A stretch of 64,000 nucleotides of DNA from the human T2T-CHM13v2.0 reference genome, Homo sapiens. The notes beneath the pieces were generated by a model that worked only from the letters and a program-made list of their open reading frames with translations, searched no databases and was not told the origin of the DNA. The position numbers were made by a program, and so were the translations under genes. Each line of letters begins with the position of its first letter. Position 1 is the stretch's first letter. The stretch lies in NCBI RefSeq assembly GCF_009914755.1, contig NC_060938.1. One strand, given 5' to 3'. Of the stretch, positions 60,751 through 64,000 are shown piece after piece.

Positions 60751-61143
60751 AGGTCGGATTGGTGTATATAAGGCAACAAAAGACGGAAGCTTTTCCAGCT
60801 ATCTCTTCTTCTGCTGCCACTGCCTCATCTTCTTCTTTCTGATCCTTTTCTCCTTTTTTTCTTCTTTGTTATTGGGTGTGAGCATAAGTGGACAAAGTCA
60901 CATGGTACCTGGAGAAGCAGTGGCATTAAAAACAATTAAAGACTGATAATGTCCACATATGACGTTGATTCCAGCAAATGACTAGATAAAGGCTATGAGA
61001 ATTGAGGTCTTGATGCTAATTAGTCAGCTTTGAATATCTGGAACAGCAATTGCAAAGGTGTGAAAGATGGTACTGCCAGTACTTCATTTGCATAGAATGA
61101 CTCTTACACATGCCTTTCCGGTTTTCCTATATTTAAAAAAATT

Positions 61144-61487
<344 letters not shown>

Positions 61488-61589
61488 TTAAAATAAAGAT
61501 TGTAGAGTGGTTTAATTTTCTTGCGTAATGAAAATTTATTGAGTACTTTCTGAGTACATAGCATTGGGCTAAGGACTATTGACGTATGA

Positions 61590-63950
61590 TTTAATTCATT
61601 CATTTATTCAACATGTGTTTATTGAGCGCTGCTGTAGGTATTAGAATATCGTAGTGAAAAAAAAAACAGATAAAAATCCCTATGCTATTGGAGCTTACAT
61701 TCTAAGGGGAAGAGACAGGCCATAAAAAAGTAAACATAGTAAGAAGTAAATCATAAAGTGTTAGAATGTGATAAAATGTTACTTAAAACTATTTTAAGTA
61801 AGATGGTTAAGGAGACTCATCGAGAGATGCCTGAAGAAGGAGCAGGAGTTTTACTATGTGGATACTGGGAGCCTCACATACAGGCAGAAGGACTAGCCAG
61901 TGCAAAGGCCATGAAGTATACAAGATGTATCTGAGGAACAGCAATGAGGCCAGAGTGGTCTCAGCGAAGTGAAGTTGAGGACTAGGGAATGAGGTCAAAG
62001 AGAAAATGACCTTGTAGGTCATTTCGGGACTCTGGCTTTTACATTGAGTGTGATAGAAAGCTACTGGGGTGTCAGGGGCAGAGGAGGTATAGGATTCATA
62101 TTATAACCAGATCACTCCAGCTGCAGCATTGAGAATAGATCATAGGAAGGCAAGGGTGCAAGGGAGAAGGATGCAAGAGAAGAGGCTCTAGTGGGAATCC
62201 AGGGAGAGCCCCAGTGGCTTAAACGAAGATGGTGGCAGTGGACATGGAGACATGTGAATATATTTTGGAGAAAAATTCAGCAGGATTTCCTGATGTGTTG
62301 ACATGCGGTATAAGAGAAAGTGTGGAATTAGTGACTCTAAGGCTTTTGTTGTTATTGTTGGGTTTGGTTTGGGGTTTTTGTTTGCTTTTTCATTTTTTCC
62401 TGAGCAACTGAAAGGATAGAGTTATTTTCCAGATGGGAAGATCGTGGGTGGAAACTGTTTGGGGAAGAATATTAAAGTTTGCTTTCGGTGACTTGAGTTT
62501 GATCCCCAAGCGAAGACATCCAGGAGGCGTTGGACCTGAGCATTTGGAGTTGGGAGAGGTATCTGGGCTGGGGGGGCATACGAGGGACCATTGGGGTACA
62601 GATGGTGTTAAAAGCCAGAGACTACATGAAATGGGTGAAGGCGGGGTGCAGATGGAGAAGTGAAAAAGTGCAAGGACCAAGCTCTACGGCACCCCCAGAG
62701 GTCTGGGGGACAAGGAGGGATCAGCAAAGTAGAGTGATGAGGAACTACAGGTGAGGTGAAAGGAAACTCAGGGCAATGTGGTGTCCTGGCAGCAAGTGTG
62801 GTGAGGATGGTGAGGAAGAGAGCAAGGAGGCCAGTACCAAATGCTGCTAGGGGTCGAGTTAAAGGAGGACTGAGAAGTGACCATTGGATTTAGTAATGGG
62901 GAGGCCATTTGTTACCCTGACAAGAGTAGAGGTGTTAAAGCCCACTTGGATGGGTTAACAGAGAAGGGAAGGGAGGAACTGGAGACAGAAGAGAGGAACA
63001 GGCAGTAGTTCATAGGGAACTGGGTCAAGAGGGTTTTTTTTTTGTTTTTCATTTTTTAAGTGAGAGTGATAATAGCATTTTTGTGTGAAGATGAGAATAA
63101 TACAATGAGAAGAGGAATTGTTGATGCCAGAGAGAAAGGAGAGCTGCTGGAGCAATGCCCTAGAGTAGGTGGGATGAGATGGGATCTATATGCAGGTGGG
63201 AGGTTGGCATTAGATGGGTGCACAGACAGGCCAGCTATTGTGTCAGGTGGGAGGCGGCACATGTGGGTGATGATGCTGGCAGGTATGAGTCTAATGATTT
63301 TCCTGATGGCTTCAATTTTCCCTGTGAAATAGGAAACTAAGAACTGGAGAGAAGATATCAGAGGCTTAAGGAGAGTGGATAAGGTATTATGTGGATGTCT
63401 AGGAGAGTGGGAGAGTCCATAGACCAGGGAAATGAACACAGTTGCCTGGCTGCACCAAGCACTCATGATGTTCACTATCACAAACATAAAGTGGGACTGG
63501 TGCATGTAGTTATGAGTTTTTCGCTAGCCACGTTTGGCTGTTCGGGTGCAGACACAGTTTGCTAGATTTAAACAGGGTTGAGGTGTTGCCAAGTGGGAAA
63601 GCTACAGAGAGACAAAGAAATAGAGATTAGATGCAAGGGGGCCATCATGATAATTGCCCAGGTAATGAAAGGAAGCTGAAAAGGGAAGATAGTGAGGGTC
63701 AGCAAAAGGTGGTGGGATCAGTGGATGGGTGCTGCCAGTGGGTTGAAGGTGGTGGGAGCAGTGATGGGGCTCCCAGTGGGTTGAAGGTGGTGAGAGAAGA
63801 GGATGGTCGTTCCCAGTGGGTTGAAGGCTTGTTGGAGTTGGGACACTGGGTGGTATGAACTGGAGAGTCAGGAGGTAAGTGATCAGATGCTGGGATGGAT
63901 GAAAATGAGAATATGGATGGCAAGGTGGTTGTTCACCCCCAAACATGGCT
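61590..63950 (-). mobile_element. Long L2a fragment
   Basis: Starts with the reversed L2 tail 'ttcattcatttattcaacatgtgtttattgagc' and continues through antisense L2 motifs ('ggagcttacattcta', 'ccaaatgctgct...gaggactgagaagtgaccattggatttag'). Confidence 0.85.
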
Positions 63951-64000
63951 GGAATACATTTTTTTGTTCCTTTTTGCAGTTAGATATGGCCAATGCTTAG

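Noticed and set aside
63735-63827. CRISPR-like repeat-spacer pattern
   Set aside because: This is primate DNA with only three 15-bp repeats, mutually similar spacers and no cas genes.

Overview
Primate (very likely human or great-ape) intergenic or intronic DNA. It is dominated by transposable elements: about 20 Alus, one young truncated L1PA, old L1M/L2/CR1/MIR fragments, several solo LTRs, a full-length MST/THE1-type MaLR provirus and hAT MITEs. I find no intact cellular protein-coding exon, RNA gene or CRISPR array, and almost all of the long ORFs in the track are repeat-derived. The notable region is 44.1-52.3 kb, a nested pile of retroposed sequences. On the minus strand it carries a disabled, intron-free copy of the CDK14 (PFTK1) 5'UTR plus codons 1-41, which departs from CDK14 exactly at a known exon boundary and still keeps many CpGs. 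It also holds a 1.2-kb non-L1/non-Alu retroposed insert with a perfect 16-bp TSD, an AU-rich 3'UTR-like host sequence whose apparent poly(A) signal and A-tail are split by the MaLR provirus, and two Alus inserted one after the other into a single target site. Repeat subfamily names come from recalled consensus sequences and need RepeatMasker/Dfam confirmation.
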